A stretch of DNA of 64,000 nt from a virus (Duplodnaviria; Caudoviricetes): IMG/VR virus record IMGVR_UViG_3300002220_000035, positions 5,499 to 69,498 of that record; one strand, 5' to 3'. The position numbers were made by a program, and so were the translations under genes. Shown here one piece after another: positions 8,578 to 18,387 of this stretch (its first letter is position 1; the number at the start of each line of letters is the position of its first letter). The notes under the pieces were generated by a model. That model had not been told where the DNA came from. It did not search any database and was given only the letters and a program-made list of their open reading frames with translations.

Positions 8578-10065
8578 ATGGTAGAAGCAGGCAGTATCTG
8601 GATTCGGCTCGGCCTCGACCCGAGCGAGCTCCGATTCGGTCTCGACAAGGCCAAATACGGACTCCTCGAGTGGCGGGGGCAGGTCAACGAGAACAGCATG
8701 GAGATGGCGAAGTGGGGCGCTGCAATTGCCGCAGAAGCAGCCCCGGCAGTCGCCCTCGGTGCAGCCATCTATGACGCCACCACCAAGGCCGGGGCATTCG
8801 GAAAAGCCGTAAAGGACAACGCCCGGGACCTCGGCCTGACAACCGATGAGTACCAGCAGTGGAGCCATGCTGTTACCGTTTCCGGGGGGAACAACCAGGC
8901 ATTCACGGAGTCCGTCCGGATGATGACCGTGAGGATGAAAGAAGCCCTGGATCCGACATCGGAGATCGGCAAACAGTTCGCGGATCTTGGGGTGAAAGTC
9001 ACCGACTCGAACGGGAACATGAGGAACACGAACGAGGTCCTCCTGGACACGTTCACTGCCATCAACAAGCTTCCGGAAGGGTTTGCCCGCAACCAGGCGC
9101 AGATGATCATCTTCGGAAAAGGCTTCTCGAATATCTCTGATCTCGCGGGTATGAGCCGGGAACAGATCCAGGGACTTCTTGACCAGGCGCCGGTCATTGA
9201 CAGCGACAAGATCGCGAAGATGGATGCATTCAACGATAAGCTCGCCCTGGTCAACGAACAGTGGACCCTGATGTATGCCGAGCTCGGGACTGAACTGATC
9301 CCGGTGGTCGAAGAACTCCTGCCGCTCATCCAGGACTACGGGATCCCCGCGGTTGCCGAGCTCGCAACGGTCCTGGAATATGCCGGCCGCGGTTTTCACA
9401 TCGTTGGTTCCGAGGCGAAGGCAGCCTATGAGATCATCAACAATCACGATCTCGATGCTGCAAAGAAAGAGATGGAGGACCTTGCCTCTTGGATAGATGC
9501 AACCAGGACCGATGATGCGAACAAACTGTCGGGATATACCGAGGGTGCCTTCTGGGACAGCGTGAACAAGAAGTGGGTGAAGCCCACGAAGTCAGGAGGC
9601 AAGGCCCCGGAGGTCGTGGACAAGAATGCCGAGCAGGCCGAGAAGGACCGGGTAACCGCCCTTGTCGATGCCTGGAAGGAATATCAGGATGGTATCAAGA
9701 AGGTCCAGGAAGAGACGAAAAAACTGCAGGACATCAACAAGGACTTCACCCGCGAGATGTCGACCCTGAATCCGCGAGATGTGAGTGCAGCCCGGAACCT
9801 GATCATCAAGCACAACTATGCGGTCCAGGACCAGCAGGCCGCGTCGATTGCAGCGACCCAGGGCCTGAGTGCATCGGCAACCGAGTTCAACGCGATCCGG
9901 GCGGGCATGCCCCTGGACAAGGTCATGGGAACCAAGGAATACACCGAGGCCCAGGCAAAGAAATCCGGCGATCTTATCATCAACATCGAAGGCAAGCAGC
10001 TCGCCAGGATTCCAGGAGTAGCGACAACCTCTGGCGAGCGCTCTCTCATGCAGGCGGGATTTTGA
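8578..10065 (+). CDS. Tape measure protein
   Basis: Ala-rich helical protein after the chaperone; homologous to 52439-53953 (RGFHI.G, DRVTAL.DA). Confidence 0.85.
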   Translation: MVEAGSIWIRLGLDPSELRFGLDKAKYGLLEWRGQVNENSMEMAKWGAAIAAEAAPAVALGAAIYDATTKAGAFGKAVKDNARDLGLTTDEYQQWSHAVTVSGGNNQAFTESVRMMTVRMKEALDPTSEIGKQFADLGVKVTDSNGNMRNTNEVLLDTFTAINKLPEGFARNQAQMIIFGKGFSNISDLAGMSREQIQGLLDQAPVIDSDKIAKMDAFNDKLALVNEQWTLMYAELGTELIPVVEELLPLIQDYGIPAVAELATVLEYAGRGFHIVGSEAKAAYEIINNHDLDAAKKEMEDLASWIDATRTDDANKLSGYTEGAFWDSVNKKWVKPTKSGGKAPEVVDKNAEQAEKDRVTALVDAWKEYQDGIKKVQEETKKLQDINKDFTREMSTLNPRDVSAARNLIIKHNYAVQDQQAASIAATQGLSASATEFNAIRAGMPLDKVMGTKEYTEAQAKKSGDLIINIEGKQLARIPGVATTSGERSLMQAGF

Positions 10066-10406
10066 TGGTCGCCTGCACATTCAACGGAGTAACGGTCCAC
10101 TCGCGCAGCGTGGAGTCGGAGAGCGCCAAGGGGGCCTATACTTACGAGGTGATCCTGCTCTGCCGGACCGGCACATACTCGGACATCACCAGCCTCGAGG
10201 CCCTGCAGGGACACATAGGGACCCAGCTGCTGGCATCCGGGAAGACAAGGATCCAGACCACCGGGGGAACCAAGGCAACCCTGATCCTCAACGGTGTCAC
10301 TCATTTGAACTGCTACATCGCCGATCTTACGCACCGCGAGGTCCCGAACGCGCTGCCATTCGACCGGTGGGAATACACTGTGAAATTCATCCAGGAGACC
10401 ATATGA
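10065..10406 (+). CDS. Distal tail (Dit-like) protein
   Basis: Follows tape measure with TGATG overlap; shares NCYI motif with 53950-54294. Confidence 0.6.
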   Translation: MVACTFNGVTVHSRSVESESAKGAYTYEVILLCRTGTYSDITSLEALQGHIGTQLLASGKTRIQTTGGTKATLILNGVTHLNCYIADLTHREVPNALPFDRWEYTVKFIQETI

Positions 10407-10966
10407 GACCAGATCGAGATTTACTCTACAACAGACCGCCGCTCCCTGTACCGGGCATGTCCCGGTTTGAACTCATCCATGAGGATTCCGAGGGCAATGT
10501 ACTGAGTTATGACTGCGATTACGGCACGGGCGTAGCAATCCGGGCGGGTATCGGCCCGCACCAGATAGACAGTGATATCCCCTTCATGCCCCCGTTAGGG
10601 CCCCTGGGTGGAGCCCTCATCATCATCCCGACCGTAGGCCATGCGAAATTCGCAACCGATATCGGTGCCCTGACCGGCTGGACCATGGCGATCGGGATCG
10701 GGACTGGAGCGGAAGCGGCTGGAAATACGGCTCTCTCAAGCGAGATCACCACCTACGGGGGCGCTGCAGCATCAGTGACACCGACCGTGCTCACGAATGT
10801 GGTCACATGGACGCATCAGTGGACGTTCACAACCGGCGCGAACTTCGCCGTCATAGAGGCCGGAGTGAAGAAGGACACGATCCTCATGATGCGTCACCTG
10901 TACTCTGTGGCGAAGAATGTAGTGACATCGGATAAGCTAACCGCAACTCTGACTGATACCCTGTAA
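10403..10966 (+). CDS. Baseplate/tail-collar protein
   Basis: MAIG.G...A.NTAL..E...EAG motif shared with 54585-55001. Confidence 0.55.
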   Translation: MRPDRDLLYNRPPLPVPGMSRFELIHEDSEGNVLSYDCDYGTGVAIRAGIGPHQIDSDIPFMPPLGPLGGALIIIPTVGHAKFATDIGALTGWTMAIGIGTGAEAAGNTALSSEITTYGGAAASVTPTVLTNVVTWTHQWTFTTGANFAVIEAGVKKDTILMMRHLYSVAKNVVTSDKLTATLTDTL

Positions 10967-10977
10967 GGAGGACGAGA

Positions 10978-11364
10978 ATGACATTAACAAAAGGAACCCC
11001 ATCAGCAATTCTTTCGAACAAGACCGCTGCCGCTGCTGGCGCGACCACGCTCACAGACTGCACCTCAATAGACACCGATGCCAGTACAACCCTGGCACTT
11101 GAAGTGAAGGTTACATACGGAAGCTCGGCGACGCTCGCAGGGACCGTCAAGGTCTTCGCATCTTATGACGACACCAACTTCGATACCGATCCTGTCGAGC
11201 AGTTCGATCTCCCATTCACTACGAACACCACTAAATCCCAGACGTTCCTTCTGACACCCGCCCCGAGATACATGAAGGTGCAGGTAGTGAATAACGAGAC
11301 GGCAGAAGCAAACAAGGATATGACCGCTGTCTATGTCTATATGCACAAACAGGATGTATCGTAG
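10978..11364 (+). CDS. Putative tail structural protein
   Basis: Thr-rich beta protein with a good RBS in the baseplate module. Confidence 0.55.
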   Translation: MTLTKGTPSAILSNKTAAAAGATTLTDCTSIDTDASTTLALEVKVTYGSSATLAGTVKVFASYDDTNFDTDPVEQFDLPFTTNTTKSQTFLLTPAPRYMKVQVVNNETAEANKDMTAVYVYMHKQDVS

Positions 11365-11375
11365 GAGGCTCTGAG

Positions 11376-14300
11376 ATGGGCCTTTACGGCACATGGAAGT
11401 ATCGGGCGAATGTCAGGATCGCTAACCCTACTTCGGTCGCGAACTACCAGCACAAACTCACTCTTTCATGGCTGCCCGGCATGCGGGATGACTTTCGCGA
11501 TATCCGGTTTACAGCTCTGGAAGGAATCAACTGCTCTTACTGGATTGAGTCATTTACTTCGAAGGTTTCCGCAGTAATTTGGATAAAAGTCCCGCCGGCC
11601 AATCAGAGATATATCACCCTCTTCTATGGCAACGGAAGAGTATCTAGCGCGAGCAGCGGCACGGCGACATTTGTATTCTTCGATGACTTCACCGGAGCGG
11701 CATTAGATACTGGCAAATGGACGAACACAGGATGCAGTGGCACGCGGACGATTTCCGGCGGGCTGATGAATGACGTTACGACAAACAGGAACATCATCAA
11801 TGGCATCACGGACACTAACGATGCGACGGTAGTCACTTCCGGGAGATTCCGAGAGAACTCCAGAACCGGGGCAGACACAGGGGTTAGATTCGGCATCAAG
11901 ACGAATGGCACGTCTGGGGGGGCAAAGTTGTGCATGAGATCTGGCCAAATCGCTCCCCTGAACGAGGGAGTGGCATGGGGGAGCAACCTCCAGACATATA
12001 ATGCCTCAGAATGGTATATCTTTGAGATCCGTCACAACTACACCAATACCTTCTATTATCGCGTCGGGCACTCAGGATCATGGAGCTCAATGGCGATGAA
12101 TCCCGGCGGGACTCATCTCTGTGTTGATGCCATGGTAGCATCCGGCGGGTCTCTGAATTTAGACACAGACTGGGTCTTCCAACGCAAATACGCCGCCACA
12201 GAACCGACGCTCACCACTGTCTCCCATAAACCCAATCTTTCTACCAAATGGAATTATGTAGTCGGTGCTCCGACCGGAGAAACCTATGCTTTCGATCCCG
12301 TAAATATCGATCATGGGATGATTGCAGATTTAGGGGTCTTCGAGTATGACATAGGAGTGGTAAATGTCCCTCAGGGAATGAGTCCTGCAGTCGGTATCGT
12401 CGAATATGACCTTGCGACATACAATATTTTCCATCCTATATACCCGACAGCTTCGTGGGCCCAAATAATCGATCCGGTCGTTGATAGCGGGTATCTTATC
12501 GGGGTCACGGTCTCCCAGAGTATGGACGATGCCATGGCCGAGGCCGTCTTCGAATACGACGGCAATGAGATCGGGAACTATTTTTCAGGAGACTACATGA
12601 CACAGATCCATGTCAACATCCCTGACCATCTCGGGGTAAGCAACTGTGTCTTTGTCGGAATCATACCCTCCTCCCATGCGGTCTATGACGTGGCAAAAGA
12701 TAAGATGACCATGAGGGCGGTTGATTACGGACTGTTCCTGACAAAACAGACAATGGAAATCAAGGATCTCTCGCTCTTACCTCCGGACGACCAGGCTGCC
12801 GAGGGATCTAACGTTGCAAAAGAGCTCCATTACGATGGAAAAATCAAGAATTTTCAGATTGGGATGACCGTAACTGGTCAGATAAGCGCCGCAACGGGAA
12901 CGATCGTCTCATTGGTATCAACAACCGCCCAGATGATGACACTCTACCCGGCCACGGGAAAATTCATCGACGACGAGATCCTGCGGGTCGGGGGTGTTGA
13001 TTATGCTGTGGCAGATGGCCGATCAATCGATATCCCCTATACGCCCTATTATGCCACCGTCTATCCGGAGGATTGGGTCCGGGCGATCCTTGGTGGCGAT
13101 AACTGGATGCGAACCACCGGGATCGAACCGTGTTACCTAGAAAATTCCGGGGGATATTGGGATACTGCCATCTGTCCTGCAGTCCCGTTCATGTTTGGCA
13201 GCTTGGAGAAAAAACGGGATGCCTTGAAACGGATGGCGGCGTATATGAGCTATCTCTGGCATGTCAAACCGCGAAACCTCGGGAATGGGAATTATGTCCA
13301 GTCCGGGTATTTTATCCGACAGACCTCAATTGATACCCTCCTCGGCCTCCCGGCAGCGGCCACCATCGCCGGGCCAGATAATTTCGCAGGGCCAATCACG
13401 CTGGACCAGGATGGGGAACTTCAGGTCGATGTTGTCAAGGTCAGATGCCAGACACTGGAAGGATATTGGAAAGAGGCAATCCGGTCGAACAGTTATTACG
13501 ACGCCGGAGAGGGACCTTATCGAGAATTTGCAGATGAGCCGAAAGATATCTGTACCCAGTTAGATCTCGATGCATACGCCGCTGATATGTACAACATGTA
13601 TTCTGCCCGTACCTGTTCATGGTCTGCCACGCTCCTTCAAAGGTCGGATCTCCAGCTTTACCAGCTCCTGAACATTTCCGGAATGGGGATAGAAGTACCT
13701 GACGGAATTTATCGAATTATCAAGATTTCCCACGAATTCGGTTGCGCGAAGAATCTCACGCACATTACATTCATGCTGAGTTCATCCTTCTCAACGCTCC
13801 TGAAATATGGTATGACATACAAGGACAGCATATCAAAGGTCCAACAGATTGTCGAAGGGCTGGAAAACCGGAAACCTCAAATTGAGCTTGCGACCGTGAC
13901 CGCCACCGATGGATGGACGATCACCTATACGACCGAAGCCGGGAATGCTGGAAAGGGTAGAGATAGCACCTCCACCCCGGCAATAGCCGGGGCGATCCCG
14001 GTCGGGGCAAAGGTCCAGATCCAGAACAGCCGGGGGGGTATTATTTGCATCCCTATTGTAGCGGCATCCGGATCGAGCACTGATCTCCTTGTCGTAGGTG
14101 TTCCTACTATCGTCAGTGCAACCGTTGATCCCGCCGATCATAATTATTGGTTCCTGACGTGGATAGCTGGAACGAATAATCAGACCGTCAGTGTAAATTA
14201 TCAGACAACCGGATATCCTTCCGCCCCCGGTGTGGTGCTCCCCTATGGAAACCCTGCGAGTTGCAGATCGGTAAAATACCCCCTCGTGACACACTCTGCC

Positions 14301-14849
14301 CGTATAAGATTTTCAGGACCTAACACCGGTTATTACATCAAATTATGGGGTGAAAAAAACGGGGTATATAGCGCGACCGGTGCAACTGCAACCATCACAT
14401 CAGGGGCAGATGTTACCGTGGGAGACATTGAGGAGCCGGAACCGATAGGAGTGATTGACTACCCGATATCAGGCTTCTTCACAGGTTTTGAGACGTTGTC
14501 GGATCAGGTTTATCCGGTTGCCACTCTTAGTGCTTTCTCTTATAATGGCACGGACAATATCTACATCGGAGGCCCGCCGACGTATACCCCAGACTATTAT
14601 GGGGATGCCCGCGACGGATGGGGCAATCAGCCAACCCCGAGGTATATGATGGTGGATCAGTCGCTCGTAATCCGTACAGTCCATGATACTATCACAGTCG
14701 GGGGTTTGGGATATTTCGGATGGTTCGCCCCGGTTAATATCAAGAGCATCCTGGCCACGGGATTGAATACCATCACAATTGAGCTACATCACGGAGTGCC
14801 GGGATATTACGGGGTATCTGCGTTATGGGTGAGGACCTATTACCTGTGA
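11376..14849 (+). CDS. Large tail-tip/baseplate hub with N-terminal DUF2341-like and lectin-like receptor-binding region
   Basis: DFRDIRFT...YWIE...IWIKVP...YGN...TFVFFDDF N-terminus; central part homologous to 55799-58087 (PDHLGV). Confidence 0.7.
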   Translation: MGLYGTWKYRANVRIANPTSVANYQHKLTLSWLPGMRDDFRDIRFTALEGINCSYWIESFTSKVSAVIWIKVPPANQRYITLFYGNGRVSSASSGTATFVFFDDFTGAALDTGKWTNTGCSGTRTISGGLMNDVTTNRNIINGITDTNDATVVTSGRFRENSRTGADTGVRFGIKTNGTSGGAKLCMRSGQIAPLNEGVAWGSNLQTYNASEWYIFEIRHNYTNTFYYRVGHSGSWSSMAMNPGGTHLCVDAMVASGGSLNLDTDWVFQRKYAATEPTLTTVSHKPNLSTKWNYVVGAPTGETYAFDPVNIDHGMIADLGVFEYDIGVVNVPQGMSPAVGIVEYDLATYNIFHPIYPTASWAQIIDPVVDSGYLIGVTVSQSMDDAMAEAVFEYDGNEIGNYFSGDYMTQIHVNIPDHLGVSNCVFVGIIPSSHAVYDVAKDKMTMRAVDYGLFLTKQTMEIKDLSLLPPDDQAAEGSNVAKELHYDGKIKNFQIGMTVTGQISAATGTIVSLVSTTAQMMTLYPATGKFIDDEILRVGGVDYAVADGRSIDIPYTPYYATVYPEDWVRAILGGDNWMRTTGIEPCYLENSGGYWDTAICPAVPFMFGSLEKKRDALKRMAAYMSYLWHVKPRNLGNGNYVQSGYFIRQTSIDTLLGLPAAATIAGPDNFAGPITLDQDGELQVDVVKVRCQTLEGYWKEAIRSNSYYDAGEGPYREFADEPKDICTQLDLDAYAADMYNMYSARTCSWSATLLQRSDLQLYQLLNISGMGIEVPDGIYRIIKISHEFGCAKNLTHITFMLSSSFSTLLKYGMTYKDSISKVQQIVEGLENRKPQIELATVTATDGWTITYTTEAGNAGKGRDSTSTPAIAGAIPVGAKVQIQNSRGGIICIPIVAASGSSTDLLVVGVPTIVSATVDPADHNYWFLTWIAGTNNQTVSVNYQTTGYPSAPGVVLPYGNPASCRSVKYPLVTHSARIRFSGPNTGYYIKLWGEKNGVYSATGATATITSGADVTVGDIEEPEPIGVIDYPISGFFTGFETLSDQVYPVATLSAFSYNGTDNIYIGGPPTYTPDYYGDARDGWGNQPTPRYMMVDQSLVIRTVHDTITVGGLGYFGWFAPVNIKSILATGLNTITIELHHGVPGYYGVSALWVRTYYL

Positions 14850-14869
14850 CCTCTTTTTTCAGGCATACG

Positions 14870-14884
14870 ATTATCCCCTCAGAA
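14870..14884 (+). promoter_or_regulatory. Conserved 15-bp motif ATTATCCCCTCAGAA upstream of lipoprotein cargo
   Basis: Identical copy at 59631-59645 at nearly the same distance from the ATG. Confidence 0.5.
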
Positions 14885-14900
14885 AAATTATTGAAATAAT

Positions 14901-15506
14901 ATGCAAAAGTGGCAACTCGCTGCTGTCTTTCTTGGAATCGCAATTATAACCTCCCTTACCTGCGGGTGTATGAGCCAGGCATCACTGCAGCAACCGATCC
15001 CGACCGCCACTGCAACGATTCCCCCGCCATCTGTGACAGTGAAAGAAACGACCCGACCAGTGGCCTGCCACATGGAGGGAGAGGCGAAAGTCTGCTTGTA
15101 TACTGACATGACCCCGCCCCCCCTCGTCACCGCGATGAAGAAGACGGTAACAGTCCCAACCCCGGAGGAGATCCCCCAGATGGACAGACTCCCGGAAGAG
15201 ATTTCCGGATCCATTGCACAGCCAATCACTCTCACCGGGGTCGGGAATCAGATCGTCTGGTTCGAGACACAGGCACCAGGTGTCGTGAATTTCAAAATGA
15301 GATATAGTGCCGGATTAGGCGAGGTAAAAAACTGCGAGGAAAAGAAATTCGAGGTTTCTCTAGCAGGGAAATCAGTCGATACAAAATTATATTCCGGTGG
15401 ATCGGGGAGTACGCAGAACCCCGTCAGGACGTTTAATCTCCTTTCACCAAGTCGATATTCGCTCTCGGTGAAAGGTTGCTGGGGTTGGCAGATTACCGTC
15501 TCATAA
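14901..15506 (+). CDS. Archaeal lipoprotein (cargo)
   Basis: Signal peptide with LTCGC lipobox and Pro/Thr linker; N-terminus shared with 59661-60197. Confidence 0.75.
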   Translation: MQKWQLAAVFLGIAIITSLTCGCMSQASLQQPIPTATATIPPPSVTVKETTRPVACHMEGEAKVCLYTDMTPPPLVTAMKKTVTVPTPEEIPQMDRLPEEISGSIAQPITLTGVGNQIVWFETQAPGVVNFKMRYSAGLGEVKNCEEKKFEVSLAGKSVDTKLYSGGSGSTQNPVRTFNLLSPSRYSLSVKGCWGWQITVS

Positions 15507-15519
15507 GGAGTGTCACCAC

Positions 15520-15918
15520 ATGCAAAAATCCGGATATTTCCTTCTTCTCCTGGTTTGTTTAATTGCGATCACGGTTGCGGGGTGTTCGGGACCGGCAACA
15601 ATACCGGCGTCCGGTTCACCGGCCGTGACCATCTCTGAATCCCCCGATCCGATAATCGGCTCCTGGATGACGATCGGAGACTCCACACTTTACTATGTCT
15701 TCAGGCCACAAGGTTATTTTTCATCTGGTGAACTGAAGAGCCCGGGATTAACCCTTGTTGGGAAGTGGGAAAGAGTCAAGGAGAATGAGTATCTTATCAC
15801 GATCGACGGTGCAGCGCCAATGACCATTATCTACGTCCCGAACGGCGATTATATTTACGACAACATCATGCCGGCAGTGCACGCAACGAGATATGCAGTG
15901 ACACCGTCGAGTAAATAA
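15520..15918 (+). CDS. Archaeal lipoprotein with lipocalin-like domain (cargo)
   Basis: VAGC lipobox; DPIIGSW...GKW motif. Confidence 0.7.
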   Translation: MQKSGYFLLLLVCLIAITVAGCSGPATIPASGSPAVTISESPDPIIGSWMTIGDSTLYYVFRPQGYFSSGELKSPGLTLVGKWERVKENEYLITIDGAAPMTIIYVPNGDYIYDNIMPAVHATRYAVTPSSK

Positions 15919-15931
15919 TTTTTTAAAAACG

Positions 15932-15953
15932 ATGCGAGGGATGGGATTCGAAC
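15932..15953 (-). repeat. att core copy 1 (3' 22 bp of tRNA-Leu)
   Basis: ATGCGAGGGATGGGATTCGAAC, identical at 62075-62096 and 63980-64000. Confidence 0.9.
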
Positions 15954-16017
15954 CCAAGAACTCCTACGAGATTAGGCCCTCAACCTAACGCCTTTGACCT
16001 GGCTTGGCTACCCTCGC
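15933..16017 (-). tRNA. tRNA-Leu (GAG), archaeal, CCA not encoded
   Basis: GCGAGGG/CCCTCGC acceptor stem, TTAGG-TTGAGGG-CCTAA anticodon arm, long variable arm, GGTTCGAATCC T-arm. Confidence 0.95.
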
Positions 16018-16077
16018 ATGGGTAACTGAGGAAATGCACCGCGATGCAGCGACAACCCTTGGATCAAGACCCTCAAC

Positions 16078-16104
16078 ATAGTGCAAAACATAGGCACTAT
16101 ATAT
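16078..16104. promoter_or_regulatory. Inverted repeat overlapping a TATA-like box upstream of int
   Basis: ATAGTGC-N9-GCACTAT running into CTATATAT about 22-30 nt before ATG 16126. Confidence 0.45.
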
Positions 16105-16125
16105 GAGCGAAAACCACTCAGGATC

Positions 16126-17253
16126 ATGGGTGTGCTGGACAAATATCGGAAAATCGACCCGGTTAATAAAAAATATTTTACTGATTATCTGCGGTACCTG
16201 CAGCTGCGGAATATCAAATCCACGACGATCGATACTAAGTTCTGGAAAATTTATGGATTCCTCCTCTGGTCGGAGTTCAGGGATGCAAAGGAGGTCCTGC
16301 CGGAGGACCTGGAGAATTTTTACCTGCACCGCAAGGAAACGAAGAGTCCTGTCACGGCTTACGGGGACCTCCAGGAGCTTGAGATCTTCTTCCGCTGGCT
16401 CCTGCCGGATCGGAAGGTAATCACCTTCAAACCGCAACGGCCCCGCGTGGAGATCTCACCCGAGAAGATCCCGCAGGCCCAGGATATCCGGGATATCCTC
16501 GCAGTATGCCAGACGCAGCGGGACCGTGCCCTGGTTGCAACATACTGGAACTCTGGCGGCCGTCTCAGCGAGCTCCTGGATGCCAATGTTGGAAACGTCC
16601 AGTTCGACCGGTACGGTGCGATTATCTCAGTGGATGGAAAAACAGGTAAACGGCAGATCCGGTTGGTCTCCGCGGTCCCGGACCTGCAACTCTGGCTGAG
16701 CCGGTTCCACCCCTACAAGAACGACCCGAATGCCCCGTTATTCGTTACCTCCCGCGAGAGAGGGTCTGGCAAATACGTCCGGCTGAATGCCAGGACCGTG
16801 CAGAACCTGTTCAAGCGCCTGGGTGTCCGGGCGGGCCTCTCGGGAAAGGGAAAGAAGACGAACCCGCATGCATACCGTCACGGATGCGCCACCAACAGGG
16901 CCAAGGACATGACCGAGGCCGAACTGCGGGAATACTTCGGATGGTCGAAAGGATCCACCATGGCCTCGGTGTACGTGCACCTCTCGGGCCGGGATATCGA
17001 CAACAAGGTCCTCGCGATCGATGGAGTAAAGCTCGAGGAAGACCAGGACCCGGACCCGATGCTGCCCCTGGAGTGCCCGCGCTGCAGCCGCAGGAACGCC
17101 CCGGACGCGATCTTGTGCGACCGCTGCAGCATGGCTCTGACTGATGAGGCTCTAAAATTTATGGATGGTGTCCAGGCCCTTCGAAATGATCCCGAAACTC
17201 TCATCGAGTTTGGCGAGTGGCTGATGAAAAAGAACAAAGCCGGCAAGACCTGA
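16126..17253 (+). CDS. int: Tyrosine integrase with C-terminal zinc ribbon
   Basis: Catalytic set R (GGRLSEL), K (GKTGKR), HxxR (HAYRHG), W (GWS), Y (VYVHL); adjacent to att/tRNA. Confidence 0.95.
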   Translation: MGVLDKYRKIDPVNKKYFTDYLRYLQLRNIKSTTIDTKFWKIYGFLLWSEFRDAKEVLPEDLENFYLHRKETKSPVTAYGDLQELEIFFRWLLPDRKVITFKPQRPRVEISPEKIPQAQDIRDILAVCQTQRDRALVATYWNSGGRLSELLDANVGNVQFDRYGAIISVDGKTGKRQIRLVSAVPDLQLWLSRFHPYKNDPNAPLFVTSRERGSGKYVRLNARTVQNLFKRLGVRAGLSGKGKKTNPHAYRHGCATNRAKDMTEAELREYFGWSKGSTMASVYVHLSGRDIDNKVLAIDGVKLEEDQDPDPMLPLECPRCSRRNAPDAILCDRCSMALTDEALKFMDGVQALRNDPETLIEFGEWLMKKNKAGKT

Positions 17254-18006
17254 AAGGGGCTCCCCCCTCGCAATCTCCCGGACGCTTCCCGCCGCTGGCG
17301 CACGGCTGCCATCATGGATCGACCGTGCCGAATGTGATCGGCACCGTCTTCCTGATGGCATGCAGCGCCTGCAGGCTGTCCGCTATCGAATCTGGCCGGT
17401 GCGGCCAGACTCGCGGGAGATATGCAGGTACCCGCCACCCATCCGCCCCTCTCGCCCTGTCCTTCGGACAGCGCGATTCACCCCGCCCCGGATGATGGGT
17501 ATAACCCGGAAGTTAAGGGTTGATCTCCGGGGTAATGGTCAGACAATCCGACCAGAAAATATTTTATCTGATATATCCTTCGTTCCATAATCGCATGTAT
17601 CTTAAACGACTCATCTTTACGGGGTTTAGTGTGGAAGGGCCCGCATCGACAGAGCCGCCTATCAAGAAGATACGTCGGGATTAATTCGCTCCCGCCCGGA
17701 GGTCCGGGCAGGATCTCGGGGTTTATACATTGTTGGAGGCAGTTGGAGAGGTCACCTGCCGTCAGTAGTGAAGATAAGGGAAGGGATGAGCACGACTAGA
17801 AACATCACTTTCGCAATGCATGGAACACAGAATATTATTCATAGAAAATTAAGGAAAACACGGGTGAGTATGAATGTATGACAGGAACAAACACCCCTTA
17901 TTCCCTATTAAAAAGGATCTCCTAGAGGCAGTAAAAAAACAGGATTCATCACCGTTCATCGAATTCCTGATTGAAAAAATGCAGGGAGAAGAGAGAGAGG
18001 ACAAAT

Positions 18007-18387
18007 CTATTTCTTCTTATGCTTCTCAAGCCAATCCGCGTATTCCCGCATCACATCTGGATCTGTCTTGAATTTATTGATATAATCCTTGAAATTCCGC
18101 ATCTCTTCAGCTGCAGCCTGGTTTAATGGTTGCCCGCACCCCCCGCAGTAATTCGTGAAGGGTTCATTGATTTTCATACAGAGCGGGCATTGGTACGGTA
18201 ACAGGGGGGCCTCACGGTTCTCATCAAAATGAGATCCGAGAATCGTGATCATTACCTGACTCGTTTTACAATGATGCTTGTTTGCATCTTTAACGATCGG
18301 GTTCCAGATCTTCGCAGGGACCCTTAACGTTTTGAATTTATGCTCCCCCTCTTTTATCAACCCATCATCATCGGTCATAATCACCAA
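18007..18387 (-). CDS. Ribbon-helix-helix regulator with integrase-like Zn-ribbon tail (candidate repressor)
   Basis: KTLRVP beta-strand plus two helices; C-terminus PLLPYQCPLC...CGGC...DP..REYADWL. Confidence 0.65.
   Translation of the reverse strand: MVIMTDDDGLIKEGEHKFKTLRVPAKIWNPIVKDANKHHCKTSQVMITILGSHFDENREAPLLPYQCPLCMKINEPFTNYCGGCGQPLNQAAAEEMRNFKDYINKFKTDPDVMREYADWLEKHKKK

Larger units (their letters stand above)
1..15931. mobile_element. Provirus 1 (right-hand part; head-tail archaeal virus), left end outside window
   Basis: Co-oriented portal, head, neck, tail tube, tape measure and baseplate genes, then lipoprotein cargo ending at the tRNA-Leu 3' att core. Confidence 0.9.

Noticed and set aside
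15933-16017. Integration at the tRNA 5' end as the explanation for int lying upstream of the tRNA
   Set aside because: The repeated sequence at the far end is the 3' T-arm and acceptor segment, not the 5' half; the ATGCGAGGG match is only acceptor-stem symmetry.
17141-17148. CTGATGAG hammerhead-like core
   Set aside because: It lies within int coding sequence, with no matching GAAA strand or flanking helices.
17874-18071. 65-aa plus-strand ORF
   Set aside because: It overlaps the 3' end of the RHH gene on the opposite strand and has no recognisable motif; left uncalled.
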